DNA of 59,743 bases from Patescibacteria group bacterium. Its GTDB lineage: Bacteria; Patescibacteriota; Microgenomatia; UBA1400; PJMF01. Under the pieces are notes generated by a model that was not told the DNA's origin, made no database searches, and saw only the letters and a program-made list of their open reading frames with translations. Shown piece after piece: positions 18,242 through 25,889 of the stretch. A program made the translations under genes and the position numbers. Numbering within the stretch: position 1 is the stretch's first letter; each line of letters starts with the position of its first letter. The stretch lies in contig JAZQJV010000017.1 in assembly GCA_045541795.1 (NCBI GenBank), positions 1-59,743 on the forward strand, given 5' to 3'.

Positions 18242-19072
18242 ATGTCAATGCTGATTTTATTTTTGATGAGTGTATTTTTGGCTGGTATGCCTCGTGTAGG
18301 CTTGGCTGCGGAGGCTTCGGTAAGCGCTGGCAGTGAGGAAGGCTTGTCGGTAGTCGGCGGGACTTCTTATGGTGATGACGTGATTTTGGAGCTGGGATCG
18401 GTGACTGGTGAGCAGGAGACACCAGAAATTTCGACGCTCCGCTCGCTTTCCCCTACTCTTCTTTCCAAACCAGGGAGCGTGCTGGGCGCGCGGGCAGGTA
18501 TGTACGCGGCGGCTTTTGCGACGGATGAGCCGTCGGGTGTGATGACGGGTTTGCAGATGACAATTAGTGATTTGCAGGTGGAATTTGATCAGATGACGCC
18601 GGGAATTTTGGGCCGAGGGCAGACACAAATTGTCATTAATTCTAATGTGCCGATCGGCTATACTTTGTATGCGGCTGAGGATTTGCCGTTGCATTTGCTA
18701 GGAAGTGAAATCCGACTCAACACTACTAATTTGATGGAGCATCCGCGTGAAGTGATCGAACAGACGACTTGTGATGATGGTAGCTGTAATTATGAAACGG
18801 CTGCTTCATGGGTGGATGAAGATGTGCCGGGGTTTGGTTACACGGTGATGGGTAGTGACGCTTTGGGGGACTTCGATGGCGGCAATAAGTATAAAGCCTT
18901 TGCTGATCTGGGCAGCGGTCAGGAAGCCCAGCCGATTGCTCGCGAGGAGGAAACTGAGCAGTATTTGACCAATCGCCAGGTCAATGTACAGTATCAGGTG
19001 GGAGTCAAGGGTGATAATGAAGTGGGAGTGTATTATAATCATGTCAATTATACGTTAGTGCCAAATTTCTAA
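18242..19072 (+). CDS. Secreted hypothetical protein
   Basis: Signal-like N-terminus (MSMLILFLMSVFLAGMPRVGLAAEA). TTGACA at 18199-18204 lies upstream. The C-terminus YYNHVNYTLVPNF is loosely WxL-like. Confidence 0.65.
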   Translation: MSMLILFLMSVFLAGMPRVGLAAEASVSAGSEEGLSVVGGTSYGDDVILELGSVTGEQETPEISTLRSLSPTLLSKPGSVLGARAGMYAAAFATDEPSGVMTGLQMTISDLQVEFDQMTPGILGRGQTQIVINSNVPIGYTLYAAEDLPLHLLGSEIRLNTTNLMEHPREVIEQTTCDDGSCNYETAASWVDEDVPGFGYTVMGSDALGDFDGGNKYKAFADLGSGQEAQPIAREEETEQYLTNRQVNVQYQVGVKGDNEVGVYYNHVNYTLVPNF

Positions 19073-19073
19073 G

Positions 19074-20087
19074 ATGTCAAAAAACTTAAAATTTCTTTTT
19101 GTACAAATATTCGTGATGATTTTTGGCGTTTTATCGCTGAGGTGGGCGACTGCAGCGGATTTGCTGGTCTCACCAGTCAATAATTATCTGCAAGTGGCTG
19201 GTGGTGAGGAAAAACTTTTGGATTATACACTGACAAATCAAGAAGAACATGAAATCCATGTAACGCTTGCGGCAGTGAGCTTCCGCTCGGATGATAAAAA
19301 CGGTGCACCGAGGCTTTTAAATTCGCTGGAATTTCCTTACTTGACGCTGGTGAGTGAAGGCGCGGAGGTACAGGAAGTGACAGTGCCGGCGGCAAGTCAG
19401 CTTCCAGTGCAGGTAAAAGTCGCTCCGCCTTTGGGCACAGCGATGAAAGAATATCCATTGACACTTTTTTTTGTCGCCAGCGATGATGGCGCGCCGGCTC
19501 AGTCTGGCAGCTCACTGGGGATGCAGGTGGGTTCTAATCTGATCATCCGCCTAGATGATAGTAATGAAGATAAGAGTAATTTGACGCTGACACTTTCTAG
19601 CGCGCCTACTTTTTTTGTAGATACTTTTATGTCGACACCTTTTGGCGTGTTGGTGCATAATTTAGGTCCTTTTGGCACGCTGATTAATGGCGGAGTACGG
19701 CTCAAACAAGGCGAGCGTGAAGTGAAAACCTGGGACTTTTATCCTGACCTAGTTTTGGGCGAGAGCAGTCGGCTGGCGCGCGCCAGTGATGGTAGTAAAG
19801 ACGGTAATGGTAACATTTCTTTAAGTAGCGATATCGTCTTGCCCCGTTTTCTTTTGGGCTATTATACTTTGGAAACTTACGTGCGCAGTATTAATGCTCC
19901 TGACGGTATTCAGACGGTGTCAAGCCTGCACTTTTTAGCTTTGCCTTACTGGTTGCTGTTTTTGGTGGTAGTTTTGTGGGTGGTAGTCTGCATTGTCCGC
20001 AAAAATGTGACTGGGAAAAAGCAGACCAAGCGTCGGATGCAGGCAGAAATGGAACGTCTGCGGCGTCAGCGTAGTTTTTTCCAGTAG
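19074..20087 (+). CDS. Surface protein with a signal peptide and a C-terminal TM anchor plus basic tail (DUF916/DUF3324-like architecture)
   Basis: The start lies 1 nt after the upstream stop. N-terminal signal, C-terminal LPYWLLFLVVVLWVVVCIV followed by RKNVTGKKQTKRR. Confidence 0.65.
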   Translation: MSKNLKFLFVQIFVMIFGVLSLRWATAADLLVSPVNNYLQVAGGEEKLLDYTLTNQEEHEIHVTLAAVSFRSDDKNGAPRLLNSLEFPYLTLVSEGAEVQEVTVPAASQLPVQVKVAPPLGTAMKEYPLTLFFVASDDGAPAQSGSSLGMQVGSNLIIRLDDSNEDKSNLTLTLSSAPTFFVDTFMSTPFGVLVHNLGPFGTLINGGVRLKQGEREVKTWDFYPDLVLGESSRLARASDGSKDGNGNISLSSDIVLPRFLLGYYTLETYVRSINAPDGIQTVSSLHFLALPYWLLFLVVVLWVVVCIVRKNVTGKKQTKRRMQAEMERLRRQRSFFQ

Positions 20088-20088
20088 C

Positions 20089-20448
20089 TTAGGGAAAAGT
20101 AATATTTTCAAACTGCTCGATAGAATCTGGCGTGATGGCGATGATGTCAAAACGAAAATCAGTATTGAGATGGTGGTTTTTGGCGTAATTTATGCCTGCG
20201 TTGATGAAAGCTGCCGTCTTGCGCGTATCCACAGCTTCGGCGGGGTCGCCGCTGTAGTCTTGACTGCGGGTTTTGACTTCTACAAAAACGAGCTCCTGGG
20301 TAGCGGGATCAGTGGCGACGATGTCTAGCTCTCCACCTTTGATCCGGACATTGGTATCAATGATAGACCAGCCTTTTTCTTGTAAATACGTGATAGCTTT
20401 CACTTCGCCGCTATCGCCAAGGATTTTTTTGGGTGTGGCTTTTAGCAC
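20089..20448 (-). CDS. YraN-family (UPF0102) endonuclease-like protein
   Basis: GEVKAITYLQEKGW...GELDIVA...LVFVEVKTR is the PD-(D/E)xK YraN signature. The GTG at 20448 avoids overlap with rplS; the tracked ATG at 20583 lies inside rplS. Confidence 0.7.
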   Translation of the reverse strand: MLKATPKKILGDSGEVKAITYLQEKGWSIIDTNVRIKGGELDIVATDPATQELVFVEVKTRSQDYSGDPAEAVDTRKTAAFINAGINYAKNHHLNTDFRFDIIAITPDSIEQFENITFP

Positions 20449-20452
20449 AAGC

Positions 20453-20785
20453 TTAGGCAGTGTGTGCTTTTTCTTTGATCCGGGTAGCGCGGCGGCCGAT
20501 CTTGTCACGCAAGAAATAGAGTTTTGCGCGGCGGACGCTGCCTCGGCGCTTGATGACGACTTTTTGGAGGCTTGGGAGCGCAAAAGGGAAAATCTTTTCT
20601 ACAGCGACATTATTGCTGGCAATTTTGCGGACAGTGAAGCTGCGACCGGTGAGCTGACCACCGGCAGCGATGACGATACCTTCAAAAACCTGAGTCCGTT
20701 TTTTGTTGCCCTCGCTGACTTCTTGATGGACAGCGACAGTATCACCCACACTAATGTCTTGATCTTGGAATTTGAAATGTTGCAT
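20453..20785 (-). CDS. rplS: 50S ribosomal protein L19
   Basis: FKxGDxVxVh...EGNKxRxQxFEGxVIa...G...TFTVRKi..gvgVEkiFP..SP is the L19 pattern. On the coding strand TGTGATATAAT lies upstream (plus-strand 20832-20842). Confidence 0.9.
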   Translation of the reverse strand: MQHFKFQDQDISVGDTVAVHQEVSEGNKKRTQVFEGIVIAAGGQLTGRSFTVRKIASNNVAVEKIFPFALPSLQKVVIKRRGSVRRAKLYFLRDKIGRRATRIKEKAHTA

Positions 20786-20990
20786 ACTTTATTATTCCTT
20801 TGTTTTTTGCTTATTATTTCTTGATCCTCGTATTATATCACAAAAAAGTGCAATTTGAGGAGGTAATTTGGGACAAGTGCCAAATTGCGGTAATATCGTA
20901 AATATTACCTGTATATCGTAGTTTTTTGTGGATTAAACTTGCCTTTTTAGTGACTATAATAAATATTATCACAAAATATCAAATTGCCAC

Positions 20991-21019
20991 TTGCCAAATC
21001 GGCTCACATTTGGTATAAT
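20991..21019 (+). promoter_or_regulatory. Promoter (leaderless configuration) for gene 21027
   Basis: TTGCCA (20991-20996), 17 nt spacer, TGGTATAAT (-10 at 21014-21019). ATG 21027 lies 7 nt downstream. Confidence 0.65.
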
Positions 21020-21026
21020 TGAGAGT

Positions 21027-22577
21027 ATGGCAGATGAGAAAGCGGATCAATCAGTCAAAAAAGCGAATAGCGCTCCGGTATCTTCTAGTTCACAGCAACC
21101 GGTGCGGCTTCCGGATGAACCAAACAAACCCAAGAGACGCCGTCGTCGCCGCCCTAGAAGGCGGGGAAATAACTCCAAGGTGCCAGATAGTGTAGTCGCT
21201 GAGCAAAACAAACTCCAAGATGAGGTGAAACGGCAAGAAGATGCCAGATTGGGTGATTTAGCGAAGGAATTAAAGGGTGAAAAGCCAGAACAGAAACCAG
21301 TCACTGCCAAGGTCCCAGATGAACAAAAATCAGCAAAGCTGCCCGAAAGCAAGTCCGAACCGGCTACTCAGTTGCCAGAACTTAAAGTAAACGGTAAACC
21401 GTATCGGCCAGGGACGCCTAAAAAGAATGAGCAGACGGATCACAAAGTGCGCACAGCACTGGCTGGGAGCAAAAAGCAGCCGGCAGCCAAACAGAAGTCC
21501 TCACTCGAGTCACCGATTTTATCGGCCATGCTGGCGCAAAAGGACGTGAAACTTGATGACCGCAAAGACGAAAGCAAAAAAGAGAGCGTTGACGACAAGA
21601 GCAAGCAGACAGATAAGAGCGAGCGCCCAGCCGAGACTAAACCGGAAGAAAACGTAAAAAATACTGATAAATCAACTAAAACTAGTAACCGTTTCACGCC
21701 GCGCATTGATGCAGGCGGCATGGGGACGGCACCAACATTTAGCCTGCAAGACATCCAACGGGCAAGGCGGCGCCGGCGTTTGCTCGTGACCGTAGTAATG
21801 ATGATTTTGTTTGCGGCGGCGTGGCTGTTTTGGGCGGGTATCCAAAAAGCGCGTGAAAGTGTGGGTGAGGTGATCGAGCAAAGGCGGGCGGAAGTGGCAC
21901 CAAGCGCCACGCCTCAGCCTCAAGGTAATCAAAAAGCGACTTTGTCTGGTCTGATTGCGGCGGAGGGGCTTCGTTTCCCGTCGGTGACGCTTGATCGGAT
22001 TGCGATTTACATCCGCTACGGTAGCGAGGAATCTTTCCGGGATACGGGGATCCGGCTTATGGAAGGCGAAAATGAGTGGAGTTTTTCACAGGCACAAGCG
22101 GATGAGACTTATGAAGTGCAAGCTGTATTACTAGACGAAGGGCGGGAAATTGCCCATTCAGACATCGTGACGGCGCAAGCGCCAGCGGCCAATATTTTGT
22201 TGACTTTCCCACCAGAAGCGATCCAGGCTGTGCCGTCTGCTCGTCCTGAGCCGAAAAATGAACCCGTATTACAGCTAGATGAATTACCTTCCATTTCTGG
22301 TGTGGTGACGATACACGGTCAACTGCCAAATTTGACGCAAATGGTGATCTGGTTGGGAGAAAACACCGGCGGTGAGCAGATCCGCCAGGACGCCTACTCA
22401 TTCCTTATTTCTGGCAGCGAGATCGCTTATACGATCAGTGATTTGAACGCTGACCGGGAATACGTGATGGATGCGGTAGTGCAGACGTCTGACGGAGAGG
22501 TGTTAGGCACGGCTGACAAGACGATCATCGCCAAGCCGGGTACGACCAATGCAAATTTTGTCATTACTTCCAACTGA
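21027..22577 (+). CDS. Membrane-anchored hypothetical protein with a Lys/Arg-rich disordered N-terminus
   Basis: KRRRRRPRRRG and K/E/P-rich first ~250 aa, one TM helix (LLVTVVMMILFAAAWLFWAGI), then a beta-rich extracytoplasmic region. Confidence 0.7.
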   Translation: MADEKADQSVKKANSAPVSSSSQQPVRLPDEPNKPKRRRRRRPRRRGNNSKVPDSVVAEQNKLQDEVKRQEDARLGDLAKELKGEKPEQKPVTAKVPDEQKSAKLPESKSEPATQLPELKVNGKPYRPGTPKKNEQTDHKVRTALAGSKKQPAAKQKSSLESPILSAMLAQKDVKLDDRKDESKKESVDDKSKQTDKSERPAETKPEENVKNTDKSTKTSNRFTPRIDAGGMGTAPTFSLQDIQRARRRRRLLVTVVMMILFAAAWLFWAGIQKARESVGEVIEQRRAEVAPSATPQPQGNQKATLSGLIAAEGLRFPSVTLDRIAIYIRYGSEESFRDTGIRLMEGENEWSFSQAQADETYEVQAVLLDEGREIAHSDIVTAQAPAANILLTFPPEAIQAVPSARPEPKNEPVLQLDELPSISGVVTIHGQLPNLTQMVIWLGENTGGEQIRQDAYSFLISGSEIAYTISDLNADREYVMDAVVQTSDGEVLGTADKTIIAKPGTTNANFVITSN

Positions 22578-22690
22578 TAAATATTGGTGATTCGTTTAAA
22601 AATTGTATTTTGAGTAAATTTTATCTATGTCTTTTTTTTATGCAGTAAAAATGCTGACTGCTGACGCTGACGAGGCAACTACTCGTGTAA

Positions 22691-24358
22691 TTATGACTGG
22701 TGTTTTTCCTTTTTCTTGGCGGCCGCTTGGATGAAAGCGGTAAAGAAAGGATGCGGCGCGAGCGGGCGGCTTTTGTATTCGGGATGGCCTTGAGTGGCCA
22801 GGAAAAACGGATGCACAGACTGCGGCAACTCAATAAATTCCACGAAAAAGTCATCGGGCGAAGTGCCGGAAAAGATCAGGCCTTGTTCTTCAAGCTGGGC
22901 GCGATAGGCATTATTGACTTCAAAACGATGTCGGTGCCGCTCACTGACGAGATTTTGACTGGCGTTTTTGAAAGCGTGACCTGCAGCATATACTTGATGA
23001 GTCAAGGTATTTGGTTTAATGATAGCGTCGTGAGCGCCCAAACGCATGGAAGCGCCTTCGCCTTTGATAGTTTGATGGACGTCATCGGCGGGGATGGCGT
23101 GGATCACGGGGTATGGTGTGTGAGGATCGACTTCGGTACTATTGGCGCCGGCGAGACCAGCGACATGTCGGGCAAATTCTACGACAGCCAACTGCATGCC
23201 GTAACAAAGGCCCAAAAAAGGGATCTGGTGCTCGCGCGCATACTGGATAGCAGTGATTTTGCCCTCCACTCCCCTACTGCCCCAGCCGATCGGGACGAGG
23301 ATCCCATCGCTGGCGTGTAAAGTGGCTAGGGCGTCGGCTTCCCCTTTTTCTAGGTCTTCGGCTTTGATGAATTGGATGTCGAGCCGGATACCGGTGGCCG
23401 TCTGGGCATGCTCGAGGGCTTCTAGCAGTGAGGAGTAAGAATCACGCAGCTCATAGTCACCAGAACTTAGATATTTGGCAATGAGACTGATTTGGACTCG
23501 TTTTTTCTTTACAGCTTTGATCTTGGCGACCATTTGCTTCCAGGCGGTAAGATCGGCTTTTTTGGCCGGTAAGCCGAGTTTTTGCAGGACTTTGGCGGCA
23601 AAATCTTGCTCTTCAAAGATCAGTGGCAGCTCGTAGATGCTTTTACAGTCAGGATTGGAAATAATATCCGCTGGTGAGAGGTTGCAGTAGTAAGCCACTT
23701 TGTCTTTGCGTTTGTCGTCAATGGCGATTTCGGCGCGGCCGACGATAAAATCTGGCTGGATACCCATACTGTTGAGATTTTTGACGGAAAGCTGGGTGGG
23801 CTTGGATTTGAGTTCGTTGATGTGATCTGGTTTGGGGAAATAAGTGACGTGGACGTGGACGACGTCTGCCGGAGCGTGAAGTTTGAGGATACGGTTGGCT
23901 TCATAATAGATGGTATTTTGGTATTCACCGGCGCAGCCGCCAAGTTCGATCAAAATAATGTCGTAACCAGTGCTGGCTTTTTTGATCCGGCGGATGACTT
24001 CTTCGGGGATGTAAGGAATAGCGTCTACTGTTTTGCCTTTAAATTCCAGATTACAGGTCTTTTCGATCATGCTTTTGTAGATTTGACCGACCGTACAGTA
24101 ATTTTGCAAGCCCACCTCGTAACCCAAAAAGCGCTCGTAAGTGCCTAAGTCCAGATCAGCTTCGGTGCCATCTTCACACAAAAAGACGTCACCATGCTCA
24201 ATGGGATTGATGTTGCCGGCATCGAGATTGAGGTAGTTCTCAAACTTGATATTGGTGACGCGGTAACCGCGCGCCTTGAGTGTGACGCCGAGTGAAGCTG
24301 CCGTCACCCCTTTGCCCAAACCTGATAAGACGCCGCCAGAAACAAAAATGTATTTCAT
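22691..24358 (-). CDS. pyrG: CTP synthase
   Basis: MKYIFVSGGVLSGLGKG N-terminus and a GATase domain with GLCYGMQ and HRHRFEVN. Confidence 0.95.
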   Translation of the reverse strand: MKYIFVSGGVLSGLGKGVTAASLGVTLKARGYRVTNIKFENYLNLDAGNINPIEHGDVFLCEDGTEADLDLGTYERFLGYEVGLQNYCTVGQIYKSMIEKTCNLEFKGKTVDAIPYIPEEVIRRIKKASTGYDIILIELGGCAGEYQNTIYYEANRILKLHAPADVVHVHVTYFPKPDHINELKSKPTQLSVKNLNSMGIQPDFIVGRAEIAIDDKRKDKVAYYCNLSPADIISNPDCKSIYELPLIFEEQDFAAKVLQKLGLPAKKADLTAWKQMVAKIKAVKKKRVQISLIAKYLSSGDYELRDSYSSLLEALEHAQTATGIRLDIQFIKAEDLEKGEADALATLHASDGILVPIGWGSRGVEGKITAIQYAREHQIPFLGLCYGMQLAVVEFARHVAGLAGANSTEVDPHTPYPVIHAIPADDVHQTIKGEGASMRLGAHDAIIKPNTLTHQVYAAGHAFKNASQNLVSERHRHRFEVNNAYRAQLEEQGLIFSGTSPDDFFVEFIELPQSVHPFFLATQGHPEYKSRPLAPHPFFTAFIQAAAKKKEKHQS

Positions 24359-24457
24359 ATTTACTCCTCAAGCGGATTGTATCAGGAACTGGCCAAAAAT
24401 CAAGTCTTGATTTTTGTGACAAGTGTGGTATAATATTGATCCTTAACAAGTTGAGAT

Positions 24458-24534
24458 GGCTCGGTGGTGTAGCTGGTTAACATAATTCCCTGTCACGGAA
24501 TAGATCGCCGGTTCGAGTCCGGTCCGAGTCGCCA
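24458..24534 (+). tRNA. tRNA-Asp (anticodon GTC), CCA encoded
   Basis: Acceptor GGCTCGG/CCGAGTC (one G-U pair), anticodon stem ATTCC/GGAAT with loop CTGTCAC, T arm GCCGG TTCGAGT CCGGT. TGTGGTATAAT lies upstream (-10 at 24429-24434). Confidence 0.9.
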
Positions 24535-24538
24535 GAGG

Positions 24539-24568
24539 AAAATCCCGTGAATGCGGGATTTTTTATTT
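24539..24568 (+). terminator. Intrinsic terminator after tRNA-Asp
   Basis: AAAATCCCG tgaatg CGGGATTTT followed by TTATTT. Confidence 0.85.
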
Positions 24569-24573
24569 GCCTC

Positions 24574-24602
24574 TTGACAAATATGGCAAAGTGTGGTATA
24601 AT
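24574..24602 (+). promoter_or_regulatory. Consensus promoter for gene 24660
   Basis: TTGACA (24574-24579), 17 nt spacer, TGGTATAAT (-10 at 24597-24602). Confidence 0.7.
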
Positions 24603-24659
24603 ATATACTTATTGACTGTTCTGTAACATAAAACACTAAACATGAATGGAGGAATTAAA

Positions 24660-25055
24660 ATGGCAACCGATAAGGAATTAGGTTTTGTGCAGGCGGAGCT
24701 GCGGCAACTTGAACAGCTTGTGTACGGCTACTGGTTGGCACGGGTGCGACAGTTGGACGTAGATGATGGTAAAGTCGTCAAGATAGAAGTTTTGCTGGAC
24801 GACTTTTTGACCAACGACATGATTTTGAACTTGCTAGTGCCGGTTTTCTGCGCTCCTGGCCGTGGGCATAGTAAACGTGATTTAGGCCGGTGGGCTTATA
24901 CGCACCAGGCGGAGATGTTTGCGAAGCTGGGCGAAGAACTAAAAGAAACGTTTGACGCCGAGCAGCGAACGATGGTAAAGGTTATTGGTGGGCGCGCTTT
25001 GCGGCTTGGTGTCCGCCGAGCGGATCCTAGGACGTGGGAGTTGACGGTGTTTTAG
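24660..25055 (+). CDS. Hypothetical protein (131 aa)
   Basis: GGAGG lies 8 nt before ATG 24660. A terminator follows. Confidence 0.6.
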   Translation: MATDKELGFVQAELRQLEQLVYGYWLARVRQLDVDDGKVVKIEVLLDDFLTNDMILNLLVPVFCAPGRGHSKRDLGRWAYTHQAEMFAKLGEELKETFDAEQRTMVKVIGGRALRLGVRRADPRTWELTVF

Positions 25056-25066
25056 TAGTCAATTTT

Positions 25067-25098
25067 GCCCTGGCGTAAGCTGGGGCTTTTTTATTTTT
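25067..25098. terminator. Hairpin terminator between convergent genes
   Basis: GCCCTGGC gtaa GCTGGGGC (two G-U pairs) followed by TTTTTTATTTTT. Confidence 0.65.
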
Positions 25099-25292
25099 CA
25101 GATTTCGTCTTGTGTGGCGATGATCTGGTCGCGCATCTGTCGCATAAGCGGGAAGTAAACAGCTTTGACCTTTTGTAAAGCCCGGCGGGCAAGGTCTTCA
25201 TTTGTGCCGGTAAACTTGCTGTCATGGGGGTATTTTACTATGAAATTGGGGCTTGAATATGTTATAATTAGATTATGACAAAAACAAAACAA
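25098..25292 (-). CDS. Doubtful small ORF (64 aa)
   Basis: ORF track only. Its 5' end overlaps the TspO promoter and start. The C-terminal half looks helical and protein-like. Confidence 0.2.
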   Translation of the reverse strand: MFCFCHNLIITYSSPNFIVKYPHDSKFTGTNEDLARRALQKVKAVYFPLMRQMRDQIIATQDEI

Positions 25293-25796
25293 ATTAAAAA
25301 GACAAATAAAAATGCCATTAATTGGTGGCTGGTAGCGGGCTGCGGTTTGCTGGCAGAAGGAGTGGGTTTTGCTTCTAATATGCTTTGCGGCGATGTGAAG
25401 GGATTTTATTCGAGCTTGCTGTTGCCTCCACTCTCCCCGCCCGGCTGGGTATTTGGCGTGGTGTGGAGCGTGCTGTATTTGGTGATGGGAGGCGTAGCTG
25501 GATGGTTGATCTGCCTGGATAAAGAGAAATATGCTCCTTGGCGCAAGCGCGCTATCACGTGGTACTGGTGGCAGCTTTTGGTAAATTTTTGCTGGAGTCC
25601 GGTATTTTTTGGCCTGAAAAATTTTACGCTGGCGATCATGATCGTGTTGGTTTTGGTAGCGATGAATTTTTGGCTGACTTACTGCATCGGTAAGATTGAT
25701 AAAAAAGTGGCGTGGTTGACGGTACCTTATTTGTGTTGGCTGGTGTTTGCGGCTTACTTGACGGTGGGCGTGGGGATGTTAAATATGAGGGTATAG
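25275..25796 (+). CDS. tspO: TspO/MBR-family tryptophan-rich sensory protein
   Basis: Five TM helices with PPGWVFGVVWSVLY and WWQLLVNFCWSPVFF motifs. TATAAT (25263-25268) lies 6 nt before the ATG. Confidence 0.85.
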   Translation: MTKTKQIKKTNKNAINWWLVAGCGLLAEGVGFASNMLCGDVKGFYSSLLLPPLSPPGWVFGVVWSVLYLVMGGVAGWLICLDKEKYAPWRKRAITWYWWQLLVNFCWSPVFFGLKNFTLAIMIVLVLVAMNFWLTYCIGKIDKKVAWLTVPYLCWLVFAAYLTVGVGMLNMRV

Positions 25797-25889
25797 TGGG
25801 ATATCTCTTTTTGATGTTGTGGAGAGGAGACTAGTATGCCAGCAAAAGTTATTGATTTTTTGTACGAGATTTTACGTAACTCTATAAAT

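Noticed and set aside
20449-20583. Long N-terminal extension of the YraN-like ORF
   Set aside because: It would overlap rplS by about 130 bp in another frame and is Ser/Ala-rich filler. The GTG at 20448 gives the typical ~120-aa YraN size.
22654-22673. Short GCTGAC(T) tandem (three units) between convergent genes
   Set aside because: It is too short and simple to be interpreted as anything beyond chance or a slippage remnant.
22621-22854. 77-aa minus-strand ORF overlapping the pyrG 3' end
   Set aside because: It is an out-of-frame overlap with pyrG, with no signals.
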